IMG/VR virus record: IMGVR_UViG_3300029805_000006
Span: 1-60,156 of that record
Length of the DNA stretch: 60,156 nt
DNA from: a virus
Strand: one strand, 5' to 3'
The position numbers were made by a program, and so were the translations under genes. Below are positions 6,340 to 14,264 of the stretch, piece by piece. Within the stretch, counting starts at the first letter, position 1, and each line of letters starts with the position of its first letter. Below the pieces are notes generated by a model. The model saw nothing but the letters and a program-made list of their open reading frames with translations. It searched no databases and was not told the DNA's origin.

Positions 6340-7790
6340 TGGCACGCACAAGCAAATTCCGCAGGGACTGGCAACGATACCATAAACGATGGAGCCAGGA
6401 CTTGGTTCTTATGGTGCGGGAGGGTTTCAATGTGGAGCCCCACGTACAGCAATTGCAGGTGCTCGAAGCTATCCAGGCTGAGAGCACTATGCCGTTTCAT
6501 AAGAGGAAGAAACGCTTCGTCATTGTGTCCGCGCAGGGAGGAGGCAAGTCCGCCATGGAAGTGTGGGTCGCAGTGTGGCGCTGCCTTCGCCACGTCTCCG
6601 CAGTCTCCGCAGTTACCGCGCCGGGCATGCGCCAAGTAGGTCAGTGGTTCGACGAGCTTCGCCGTCAACTCTCCTCGGCTCACCCGGTCCTCCAGCGACA
6701 CATCAGGGTCTTGAAGTCCAAGGCAGTCATCGCAGGTCAGGACGGCTGGGAGATCAGGGGAATGACAGCCACGACCCCTGGTAAGATTGCAGGCCTCCAC
6801 CAGACTCACTTGGGCTACATCGTTGACGAGGCCAATGAGATGTTGCGCCCTTTGATCCAAACGATTGAAGGCACGCTCACCAATCAGGATTCGATCATGC
6901 TCCTGGCAGGCAACCCTATCTCCATCAACAACTCGCTGCACGATGCCTGCACGAAGTTTAGGAACCTCTACCATGTGTTCCACTTCGACCGCATCACCAT
7001 CGCACGAGACCGGCCCGACATCATCGCGCCTGAAGAGAACGAGAAGCTCCTGATTCAGTACGGCAAGGACTCTGACTTCTACCGCGTGCGTGTGTTGGGA
7101 TTGTTCCCGAACAAGAACTCCGACACGCTCATGGGAATCAACGACCTAGAAGCTTGCACGAAGAACAACATGTTGGAGTGCGCGGCCAGGAGGAACATCC
7201 TCCCTGAGAACCGCGCTTTCGGTCTGGACTTCTCCCGATATGGCGGAGACAAGAACGTGATGGTGCAGCGACAAGGGCTCGCAGTCATCCAGATGGAGAA
7301 GTACCTCGACATGGATCCCAACGAGCTGGTCGGTCGGGCTTTCTTCAATCAGAACATCTCCCGCTGGGATGACCGAGACTGCATCTTCATTGCTGATGCT
7401 GGAGGCCTCGGTCAAGGAGTCATGCACAACTTCCACCAGCAGGGCAAGAGATTGGTGGCATTCCACACTGAAGGCAAGGCCTTCGAGTCTCGCATCTTCG
7501 CAAACAAGATGGCAGAGGCTTGGTGGAACCTTTCCAAGTTGGTAGAGAAGCGCCTCGTCTACCTGCCCGACGATCCTGACCTGCTTCAGCAGTTGTCTTC
7601 CCGCAAATACATCATCGACGATAAGACCGGCAAGATCGACCTACAGTCAAAAGACGAATGGAAGAAGGACGTAGAGCAGGACATCTCTCCAGACGAAGCC
7701 GACGCTACAGCCATGGCGTTCTACAGCCCTCACCGCAACGGAGTCAGTATGCTCCAGCTCGACCGTAGTCGAACTCCCCGGAGACTCTAA
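6339..7790 (+). CDS. terL: terminase large subunit
   Basis: 483 aa. Walker A-like VSAQGGGKSA and Walker B-like GYIVDEANEM. The C-terminal half has acidic nuclease-like motifs (FIADAGGLG, SPDEADA). It lies beside the portal/capsid genes. Confidence 0.85.
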   Translation: MARTSKFRRDWQRYHKRWSQDLVLMVREGFNVEPHVQQLQVLEAIQAESTMPFHKRKKRFVIVSAQGGGKSAMEVWVAVWRCLRHVSAVSAVTAPGMRQVGQWFDELRRQLSSAHPVLQRHIRVLKSKAVIAGQDGWEIRGMTATTPGKIAGLHQTHLGYIVDEANEMLRPLIQTIEGTLTNQDSIMLLAGNPISINNSLHDACTKFRNLYHVFHFDRITIARDRPDIIAPEENEKLLIQYGKDSDFYRVRVLGLFPNKNSDTLMGINDLEACTKNNMLECAARRNILPENRAFGLDFSRYGGDKNVMVQRQGLAVIQMEKYLDMDPNELVGRAFFNQNISRWDDRDCIFIADAGGLGQGVMHNFHQQGKRLVAFHTEGKAFESRIFANKMAEAWWNLSKLVEKRLVYLPDDPDLLQQLSSRKYIIDDKTGKIDLQSKDEWKKDVEQDISPDEADATAMAFYSPHRNGVSMLQLDRSRTPRRL

Positions 7791-8206
7791 TGAATACCCA
7801 ACTGACCTCGGTCTGCTTCAACGCGATCCCTGACCAAGCACTGAAATCCTACTTCAATGGTTGTGGCGGTCCAGGCTTCCGCGTGCCATCCTTCGGCGTG
7901 TTCACTCCTGCCTGCCTGTGGCACGATCTGGCGTATGTTATTGGAGGAACCGACACTGATAGACTCAGGGCCGACCGGATGTTCCTGAGGGACATGCTGA
8001 AGCGCCGTAAGAAAGCCTCGTGGTGGAAGCGGTGGCTCTTGAAGATCGCGGCCCGCACCTACTACTCCGCAGTCAGGCTGGCCGGAAGGAAGCACTTCCA
8101 TATCACAGAAAAGTCGCCCTCCTGGGATGACCTAAGAGGGCGACTGAAGAGTCAAGGCAAGGTTGCCGTGTGGTGGTGGGTGGACGGCCTCAGCGTTACT
8201 GGCTGA
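7790..8206 (+). CDS. hypothetical protein with G-x-G-G-P-G ... C-x-W-H-D-x-x-Y ... R-x-D-R-x-F motifs (DUF1353-like or phospholipase A2-like)
   Basis: 138 aa. YFNGCGGPGFRVPSFGVFTPACLWHDLAYVIGGTDTDRLRADRMFLRDM. TAATG coupling to terL. The family assignment is from memory of the HDxxY motif families only. Confidence 0.55.
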   Translation: MNTQLTSVCFNAIPDQALKSYFNGCGGPGFRVPSFGVFTPACLWHDLAYVIGGTDTDRLRADRMFLRDMLKRRKKASWWKRWLLKIAARTYYSAVRLAGRKHFHITEKSPSWDDLRGRLKSQGKVAVWWWVDGLSVTG

Positions 8207-8444
8207 AGATTGCCCAGACGGTTCCATCAGAGAACCAAAGCTCGTAGCCGTTGATGGTATGGTCGAGCCAGATCATGCAGCGTTGGAAGGAGGCCGCCGG
8301 GTGAGTCGCTTCGATGGTCAATTCCGTCAGCGCCGTCTCTGGCATAGGGAAAGGCTTGTCGAAGATGTTGACCATGTTGGTATCGACGCCAGCGTCCCAG
8401 CCTTGTTGGCCAGAGATCAGAGGGATTCTAAGAGGACGAGCCAT
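8196..8444 (-). CDS. hypothetical protein (82 aa), co-oriented with the portal
   Basis: ORF track. TAATG overlap with the portal stop. Its 3' end overlaps the convergent 7790..8206 by 11 nt. Confidence 0.55.
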   Translation of the reverse strand: MARPLRIPLISGQQGWDAGVDTNMVNIFDKPFPMPETALTELTIEATHPAASFQRCMIWLDHTINGYELWFSDGTVWAIFSQ

Positions 8445-9886
8445 TACTTACCTGCCTTGCCGGGGTTGCCGGACGTAGTTTTGCGACCACCTGTTCGGTC
8501 TTTGCCGCTGGATAGAAGACCCTTCTTAGGATCACGAGTCGAGCCGCCTTGGGGCTCGCGCTGCTTGGACATGGTGTCCATCGCTACCATGTCGAGGTGA
8601 TCGACGATGGTCTTGAAGGCGTTTCCTTTCTCAGCGAAGGGAAGCTCCTCTGTTTTGGCAAGGCCCTTGAAGGTGTTCTCTGGAAGAGATCGACCTTTCG
8701 TATCTTCAGGGCTAGAGAACACCAAACCCTTCTGACCTAAGGTGCATTGCAGGGCTCGGCTCCACACGCGCTGTGCAGGCCCGCACTTGATCTTCTGGAA
8801 CAGGATCAAGGCGTTAGGCCCCTCGTTGTTGGAGGCCATCTTGCCGGGAACCAGGAGGCCTGCGAGGACGGCGGGAACACCGTGGACGGAAACGATGGCT
8901 TCCATGAGCTTGTCCATCTTGTCGGAGAACTCTCCCTCGGTCATGACTTCCGACACGAGCTTGTGGATCTCAAGCCGGACATCTTCAGGAGAAGAGTTGA
9001 AGTGAGCGAGGCCGGTGCGGTGCCCGTTACCTACTCCGGTGGAGTTGTTGAGCAACTCTTTGAAAGCCATGATGCAACCTGCGTCAAGGTTCGCGCCCAC
9101 CAGCTCCACGATGAAGTCGGGGATGCCGTGGTTGAAGTAGAAGTCTCCTTCGTACTGCAACATCAAACAGGCCAGTTCAATGTAGGCCACCGCCGAGGTG
9201 TAGTCGATGCCACCGTACCAAGGAGAGTTCGCGCAAGGCTCTCGCACGATGATGACTTCAGAGTTCACAATGTCTCCCTCCATAGAGGCTACGTTCGCTC
9301 CCTTCTTCGGACGCCCTCGACCGCGCTTGCCTCCTCTCTTCTTCAACGCCTCAAGGTCTCCGAAGGAAGCCATGACAACAGTCCTGACTCCGTAGTGAAC
9401 GTAGTGCCACTTGTGACCGCGTTCATCTTCTTGACTGACCTTCACTTGGTTCGCTGGCAAGTAGTAAAGGCCCGTGATCATGAGAGGGTTCTTCTCATCT
9501 CTCACCACTTCGATGAACCCGAAGCCATACTTGCGAACGTCTTGGTCTACGCAGTTGATGGTATCGTCGAAGTTCAACTTGCACACAGGGTCGAGGATGT
9601 CGTAGGCCTCTTCGACGCGCAAGCCCTGGCCCACAATCGAATCGGTCTTGGTCTCAAGGCACTTCTCGTGGTACGGATTTAATTTGGCCAAGTCATTTGC
9701 TGTAGACAAACAAATAGGGTAGGGCTGGATTCCAACAGACCCGTGGACGTTGGACCCTTCTTCCCCAGGCTTCTGGGATTTCCTCACCAAGGTCAGTTGA
9801 TGCAACTTGGATCCCTGCGTGGTCAGGGGCGCTTTCCCCCGCTTGTAATGCAGCAGTTCGCTTTTTACTTTTTTTTCTTCGGTCAT
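8444..9886 (-). CDS. portal protein
   Basis: 480 aa. The central region (GLRVEEAYDIL...KYGFGFIEVVRDEKNP...LYYLPANQVKV) looks like PBSX/HK97-type portal family members as I recall them. It sits between terL and the capsid operon. The orientation is inverted relative to both. Confidence 0.75.
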   Translation of the reverse strand: MTEEKKVKSELLHYKRGKAPLTTQGSKLHQLTLVRKSQKPGEEGSNVHGSVGIQPYPICLSTANDLAKLNPYHEKCLETKTDSIVGQGLRVEEAYDILDPVCKLNFDDTINCVDQDVRKYGFGFIEVVRDEKNPLMITGLYYLPANQVKVSQEDERGHKWHYVHYGVRTVVMASFGDLEALKKRGGKRGRGRPKKGANVASMEGDIVNSEVIIVREPCANSPWYGGIDYTSAVAYIELACLMLQYEGDFYFNHGIPDFIVELVGANLDAGCIMAFKELLNNSTGVGNGHRTGLAHFNSSPEDVRLEIHKLVSEVMTEGEFSDKMDKLMEAIVSVHGVPAVLAGLLVPGKMASNNEGPNALILFQKIKCGPAQRVWSRALQCTLGQKGLVFSSPEDTKGRSLPENTFKGLAKTEELPFAEKGNAFKTIVDHLDMVAMDTMSKQREPQGGSTRDPKKGLLSSGKDRTGGRKTTSGNPGKAGK

Positions 9887-9889
9887 AAC

Positions 9890-9918
9890 TTGACAAGTGT
9901 ATCAGAGCGGGATATACT
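9890..9918 (+). promoter_or_regulatory. strong sigma70-type promoter for the head/tail operon
   Basis: TTGACA (9890-9895), an exact 17-nt spacer, and TATACT (9913-9918). It lies in the divergent gap between the portal (-) and the scaffold/protease gene (+), 58 nt upstream of the ATG at 9977. Confidence 0.6.
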
Positions 9919-9976
9919 CCCGTATCGAGTGGATCAAATTGAGATCCTCGGAACGCAAGAATTCTAACTGATAACC

Positions 9977-11023
9977 ATGGCAAAAGCCAAGAAAAGACTG
10001 AAAAATTTGAAGATCAATACTCTGTCGCTGTGCAAACGCGGTAAGAACGGTCTCAAAACAGTTCTAAAATCCCAAGGCTCTGGAGCCTCGACTTTGGAAG
10101 CGCCCTCCCAGTTCCTAGTTCGAGAGGACCCGGAAGTCAAGGGCCGCCTGTTGGTGGTGAACGTGGTACCCAACCTTCCCGACGTTGACGGAGAAGAGAC
10201 CGAGACTGAAGTGGTCATGCGGGCCGCGCACGAATACCTGCGCGATTTCCGACAGCTTGACATCGAACACAACGGCAAGATCCTGCCCAAGAGTGCAGCC
10301 TACCTTGCGGAGTCCTTCATCATCAACGAAGGCGACACCCGGTTCCAAGACTGGGAAGACTACGACGGCAACCCGGTAGACGTTACCGGCGGCTGGGCCA
10401 GCGTGATCCAACTCAACGACCCCGACCTTATCCAGTCCTACTTGGACGGAGACTGGGACGGAATTAGCATGCTCGGCACCGCCAACTTGGTGGTCGAGAA
10501 ATCCAAAAAACCCAAAGCCGCCCCCGGCGGAAATCACATGACCCCCGAAGAGATCAAAGCTCTCTTGGACGGACGCGATGAAGCCTTGATTCAAAAGATC
10601 GTGGCGCTCATGTCCGAGACCAAAGAGACCAAAGAGGACGTGTCTGAAGAGACCGCCCAAGCTCCTGTGTTCAAAGGCGACATCCAAAATGTTGAGGACG
10701 TTACCGCGTTCCAACTGGAACTGGCCGCCCACGAACTTTCCACCAAAATCGCTAACGGCGAGATGGACTCTACTCAACTCATGGCAGTTGTGAAGAGCAT
10801 GTCCGCTGATGGTCCGTCCGACAAAGAGTTAGGCCTGGACAGCGAATCCTCCACCAAGGAGCGTAGCCTTGCTCGTGAACTTCATGAAGTTCGCAAGAGT
10901 CGCCATGCTTCTACCCTCACTGTAGAGGGCTCCGAAGAGACCGAAGACGAACAGGAACTCAGTGATGAAGACCTGATCAACATCGGCCTTGGCCGTCCCG
11001 TCACCCGCAAGGAGGCCAAGTAA
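9977..11023 (+). CDS. XkdF-like prohead protease fused to an acidic scaffold-like C-terminal region
   Basis: LLVVNVVPNLPDVDGEETETEVVMRAAHEYLRDFRQLDIEHNG...AESFIINEGD...GGWASVIQLNDPDL...GDWDGISMLG follows the XkdF (Peptidase_S78_2) pattern. The C-terminal 150 aa are E/K/D-rich and helical. Position is portal-proximal. Confidence 0.7.
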   Translation: MAKAKKRLKNLKINTLSLCKRGKNGLKTVLKSQGSGASTLEAPSQFLVREDPEVKGRLLVVNVVPNLPDVDGEETETEVVMRAAHEYLRDFRQLDIEHNGKILPKSAAYLAESFIINEGDTRFQDWEDYDGNPVDVTGGWASVIQLNDPDLIQSYLDGDWDGISMLGTANLVVEKSKKPKAAPGGNHMTPEEIKALLDGRDEALIQKIVALMSETKETKEDVSEETAQAPVFKGDIQNVEDVTAFQLELAAHELSTKIANGEMDSTQLMAVVKSMSADGPSDKELGLDSESSTKERSLARELHEVRKSRHASTLTVEGSEETEDEQELSDEDLINIGLGRPVTRKEAK

Positions 11024-11424
11024 TGGCTATCCAAAAAGAACCTCTGGTCGGCACTAAGCAGACCTCCTCTGAAGAGACGCGATTCTTCGCTTACGAAGAT
11101 GGCGTCCAGCCCGGCCTGTTGAACCCGATTACGGGTGCGCCGGATCTCCCTCACCTTACCCCCTTGGTCTACAACGCAGGCGCGTATGATGTGTGGGAAG
11201 ATGGCGAGGCCATCGACGCACTCTTGTACCAGCCCCGAGGTCAGGCAACTGACGCGACCGATCAAGTGGTCATCGCTCTAGGCAAACGTGGTCGTGTTTC
11301 GGCTCCCGCTGTCCCCCTCCCCATCACCAATTCCCAGACGCAAGGCGCTCTGGATACGGCCCTCAAGGCGACCGCGCTTCGCCAGAAGGGAATCACTGTC
11401 ACCGAAATTGACGGAGTTGCATAA
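11023..11424 (+). CDS. head decoration protein (lambda gpD-like, by position and pattern)
   Basis: 133 aa, immediately upstream of the E-like major capsid gene with TAATG overlaps. The pattern TPLVYN..YDVWEDGEAIDALLY...VVIALGKRGRV...GITV resembles gpD-family proteins. Confidence 0.5.
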   Translation: MAIQKEPLVGTKQTSSEETRFFAYEDGVQPGLLNPITGAPDLPHLTPLVYNAGAYDVWEDGEAIDALLYQPRGQATDATDQVVIALGKRGRVSAPAVPLPITNSQTQGALDTALKATALRQKGITVTEIDGVA

Positions 11425-12494
11425 TGCCCCTTCCCACAGTAAATGAACTAGCATCGCTGACTCATCGCGTGCTCACCCCCATGGCCGACGAGCGTAAAGC
11501 TCCTAACGCTGCGGTCAAGAACCTCCTGTTTGCCACGGAGATCACCCACGATGCTCGCCAAGTGCAGCTCTCCAGCATGAAGCGTGACCGCAAGACGGTC
11601 CCCTTCGTGCGCCGTGACACCGCCGCCATCATCATCAAGAATGGTGAAGACGAGCGTTTCGCCATGGAGCCCGCACACATTCGCATCAAGGAGTTCGTCT
11701 CCGCTGCTGACCTCGCCACCCGGCGCTCGGTTGATCAGCCTGCTGATGGCGTGACTCGCGCTATGATGGAGCAAACCGCTGCCCGCGTTCTTGGCACCCG
11801 CCAGGAAGAAATGATGTGGGATATCTTCGACACCGAAGAGTGGATGTGTTGCCAGCTCCTGACCGGCCTCTTGGAGTACTCCTCTGAGGCGGCTGCGTTC
11901 TCGGTTGACCTCGGACGCAACGCTGCTCACGATGTCACCGTCTCCAACGTCTGGGACGGCGGTTCCGCCGACCCTCAGGTTGACCTCCTGGCAGCCATGG
12001 AGCTGACCAACGAAGCTGAAGGTACCAACCCTACCATCGGTATCTGCGGCAGTCTTGCTGGCAAGGCTTTCCTGACCTGGGCCAAGGCCAACCCCAACGC
12101 TATCCTTCGGGATCCCAGCCGCCTCAACACCGGCACCGTTGAAGGCTTGGTCAACCAGATCGACACTCGCGGTATGATCTACCTAGGCACCACGTTCCAC
12201 GGCGTTGCAATGTACATGTACTTGCGCAAGGTCCTGATCGACGGCGTGTCCACGGACCTCATCCGTTCCAAGTACTGCGAAGTGATCTGCCAAGATCCCA
12301 TCGCCGGATTCGCCATGCACTACGGCGGCATTGAGGACAAGAACTTGTTCCAAGGCCAGCCCGCTGCTGCCAAGCGTTTCAGCAAGACCATGGAGCGCGA
12401 GGACCCCTACGGTCACTGGCTCTTGGTCGAAACCAACCCCCTCCCCTTCATTCGTCGTGCTGACTGCACGGTGTCTCTGAAGGTGGTTGCCTAA
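11424..12494 (+). CDS. major capsid protein (lambda gpE-like family)
   Basis: 356 aa. The size, position and overall pattern (N-terminal ..LTHRVLTP.., C-terminal ...NPLPFIRRADCTVSLKVVA) fit Phage_cap_E-type capsid proteins. A stable hairpin follows. Confidence 0.8.
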   Translation: MPLPTVNELASLTHRVLTPMADERKAPNAAVKNLLFATEITHDARQVQLSSMKRDRKTVPFVRRDTAAIIIKNGEDERFAMEPAHIRIKEFVSAADLATRRSVDQPADGVTRAMMEQTAARVLGTRQEEMMWDIFDTEEWMCCQLLTGLLEYSSEAAAFSVDLGRNAAHDVTVSNVWDGGSADPQVDLLAAMELTNEAEGTNPTIGICGSLAGKAFLTWAKANPNAILRDPSRLNTGTVEGLVNQIDTRGMIYLGTTFHGVAMYMYLRKVLIDGVSTDLIRSKYCEVICQDPIAGFAMHYGGIEDKNLFQGQPAAAKRFSKTMEREDPYGHWLLVETNPLPFIRRADCTVSLKVVA

Positions 12495-12512
12495 CAAGGC
12501 GCTTCGCTACTT

Positions 12513-12542
12513 GGGGGCGAGTCTTTCACCGGGCTCGCCCCT
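12513..12542 (+). terminator. stem-loop after the major capsid gene (attenuator or terminator candidate)
   Basis: GGGGCGAG (12514-12521) pairs with CTCGCCCC (12534-12541). The downstream tract is pyrimidine-rich, not a clean U-run. Confidence 0.45.
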
Positions 12543-12569
12543 TCCCTCCCCTCCCTACCGAACAGAAGA

Positions 12570-13004
12570 ATGAATCAACGACTTACCCTACAGAAATCTT
12601 TCCTTCGCGGCAGTACCATGTACTTGCCCGGCCAGCTTGTCCCCAGCGACATCACTGACGCCGAGATGGAACTGCTCAAGAACTCCGACAGCATCCTACG
12701 TCAGCTAGTAGACATCGACGAGTTTCAAACCACTCCCGGTCAAACCCCGCCCTCCCGTCCCCAGCGTACTGACGCTGGTGCTCCTAAGGCTGGCAAGTTT
12801 GATATGGATCCTGCTCACTTGATTGGCCTGGACAAAGATCAGCTTCAGCTCATGCTGACCAACCTCGGCTCTGACCCGGTTGACTTGTCCGTAGAGGAGA
12901 TGATCGCTCAACTCAGCTCCGCATTCAAGGGGCAGTCTCAAAGCTCTCCTGAGGTCACTGGGACCAAGCTGGGCGAGTCCATCAAAGACTCCACCAAGGC
13001 GTAA
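12570..13004 (+). CDS. hypothetical head-module protein (144 aa)
   Basis: ORF track; position. Confidence 0.6.
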   Translation: MNQRLTLQKSFLRGSTMYLPGQLVPSDITDAEMELLKNSDSILRQLVDIDEFQTTPGQTPPSRPQRTDAGAPKAGKFDMDPAHLIGLDKDQLQLMLTNLGSDPVDLSVEEMIAQLSSAFKGQSQSSPEVTGTKLGESIKDSTKA

Positions 13005-13010
13005 TCCTCC

Positions 13011-13529
13011 ATGGCATCAACACCCCTATTCTACTCCTCCCGCGATGATCTGAAAGAGAGCATGCGGCTCGGTCCCTCGTGCAACACTTCTGCCGATCCT
13101 ATGATCGACGAGTGCATGCTGAAGGCTCGACTGCGCATGTACGCAGAGTTGGGAGAAGCTAGAATAGGGGTGCTGTTGGCCCTCCCTGTAGAAGAGAACC
13201 CCACGACTGTCGATGAGCGCCTGCGCTCGAACGCTTCGTTGCTGGAACTCACCATGGTAAGGTGCTGTCTTCAAGACCGCCTGCCTCAAGTCTTCCTGGA
13301 CAAGTCTGGCGACATCAATAAGTTATGGGACGAACAAGCCATAACTCGGGAAGCATCTGAGTACGACTCTCGCTCTCAGCGATTGAACTGCTCATCTGAA
13401 ATCAATCGCCTGCTGGATGTCCTGGCAGACGGAAAACAAGACAACCCCTGTGGCGTTTACACCCACACCACCGGACCTGCGGCTGTAGATCGCCTGCCTC
13501 TAGGCGGCTCGATCTGGCCCTGTTCCTAA
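13011..13529 (+). CDS. hypothetical protein (172 aa), head-tail connector or adaptor by position
   Basis: ORF track; position only. Confidence 0.55.
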   Translation: MASTPLFYSSRDDLKESMRLGPSCNTSADPMIDECMLKARLRMYAELGEARIGVLLALPVEENPTTVDERLRSNASLLELTMVRCCLQDRLPQVFLDKSGDINKLWDEQAITREASEYDSRSQRLNCSSEINRLLDVLADGKQDNPCGVYTHTTGPAAVDRLPLGGSIWPCS

Positions 13530-13541
13530 CCCTGAATTATC

Positions 13542-13943
13542 ATGGCCTGCGGCACATACGACTCATACATCTCAGCCATCCAAGAGGGTGACATCGACGT
13601 AACCTCAGACATCTTCAAGGTGATCCTGATCGACACGGCGGACTACACCTTCGACGCGGCTGATGACTTCCTCTCGGACATCCCGGCTGCTGCTCGCGTA
13701 GCCACCGCCACCTTGGCCAACGTGGCCATCGTAGGCCGCGCCTTTGACGCAGACAACGTGACCTTCACGGCTGTCACCGGAGATGAATCAGAAGCGTTCG
13801 TGATCTACAAAGATACAGGCACGGAAGGCACCAGCCAACTGATCCTATATTCTGACGATGCCACGAACTTGCCTGTCACTCCCAACGGTGGCGATATCAC
13901 CATGACTTGGGACTCCGGCACCGACCGTATCTTCAGCCTGTAA
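13542..13943 (+). CDS. hypothetical virion protein (133 aa)
   Basis: ORF track; beta-rich sequence; position between the capsid and tail genes. Confidence 0.6.
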   Translation: MACGTYDSYISAIQEGDIDVTSDIFKVILIDTADYTFDAADDFLSDIPAAARVATATLANVAIVGRAFDADNVTFTAVTGDESEAFVIYKDTGTEGTSQLILYSDDATNLPVTPNGGDITMTWDSGTDRIFSL

Positions 13944-13946
13944 GAA

Positions 13947-14261
13947 ATGTCGCTCATCCACAGGTTGATCGGGCGCAACGCCACTGACGAGTCTCTCCCC
14001 TTCACAGAGGAGAGGCTCCCTATCCACGGAGCTATGGCTCTGTTTGGAGAGATCATCCGTGGGTACATCTCGTTCGCTGACGCAACTACCCTCTTCGGGT
14101 TGACGGAGGACGAAAAGACAGAGCTGCAAGGATGGATGACTGCATGGTCTACATCCTCCACGTTCGACATGTCAGAACTGAAAGACGTTCTGATGCTAGG
14201 AGAGACAGGACTGTATACGGTGGCCGAAATCCAAGCGCGCCTTGGTTTGACTGTAGGATAA
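13947..14261 (+). CDS. hypothetical protein (104 aa)
   Basis: ORF track; tight spacing. Confidence 0.55.
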   Translation: MSLIHRLIGRNATDESLPFTEERLPIHGAMALFGEIIRGYISFADATTLFGLTEDEKTELQGWMTAWSTSSTFDMSELKDVLMLGETGLYTVAEIQARLGLTVG

Positions 14262-14264
14262 TTC

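Noticed and set aside
6336-6983. 215-aa minus-strand ORF opposite terL
   Set aside because: It is antisense to the terminase ATPase domain, which carries Walker motifs. There is no independent support.
8747-9682. 311-aa plus-strand ORF opposite the portal
   Set aside because: It is antisense to a protein with recognisable portal features. Its composition is Val/Gly/His/Asp-rich and atypical, and it would break the divergent promoter logic at 9890.
9869-9876. A8 homopolymer in portal codons 4-6 (GAA GAA AAA AAA GTA) as a slippage or phase-variation site
   Set aside because: It is a single short run encoding a plausible EEKKVK N-terminus, with no alternative frame of any length. It is worth a glance in the reads only as a potential indel hotspot.
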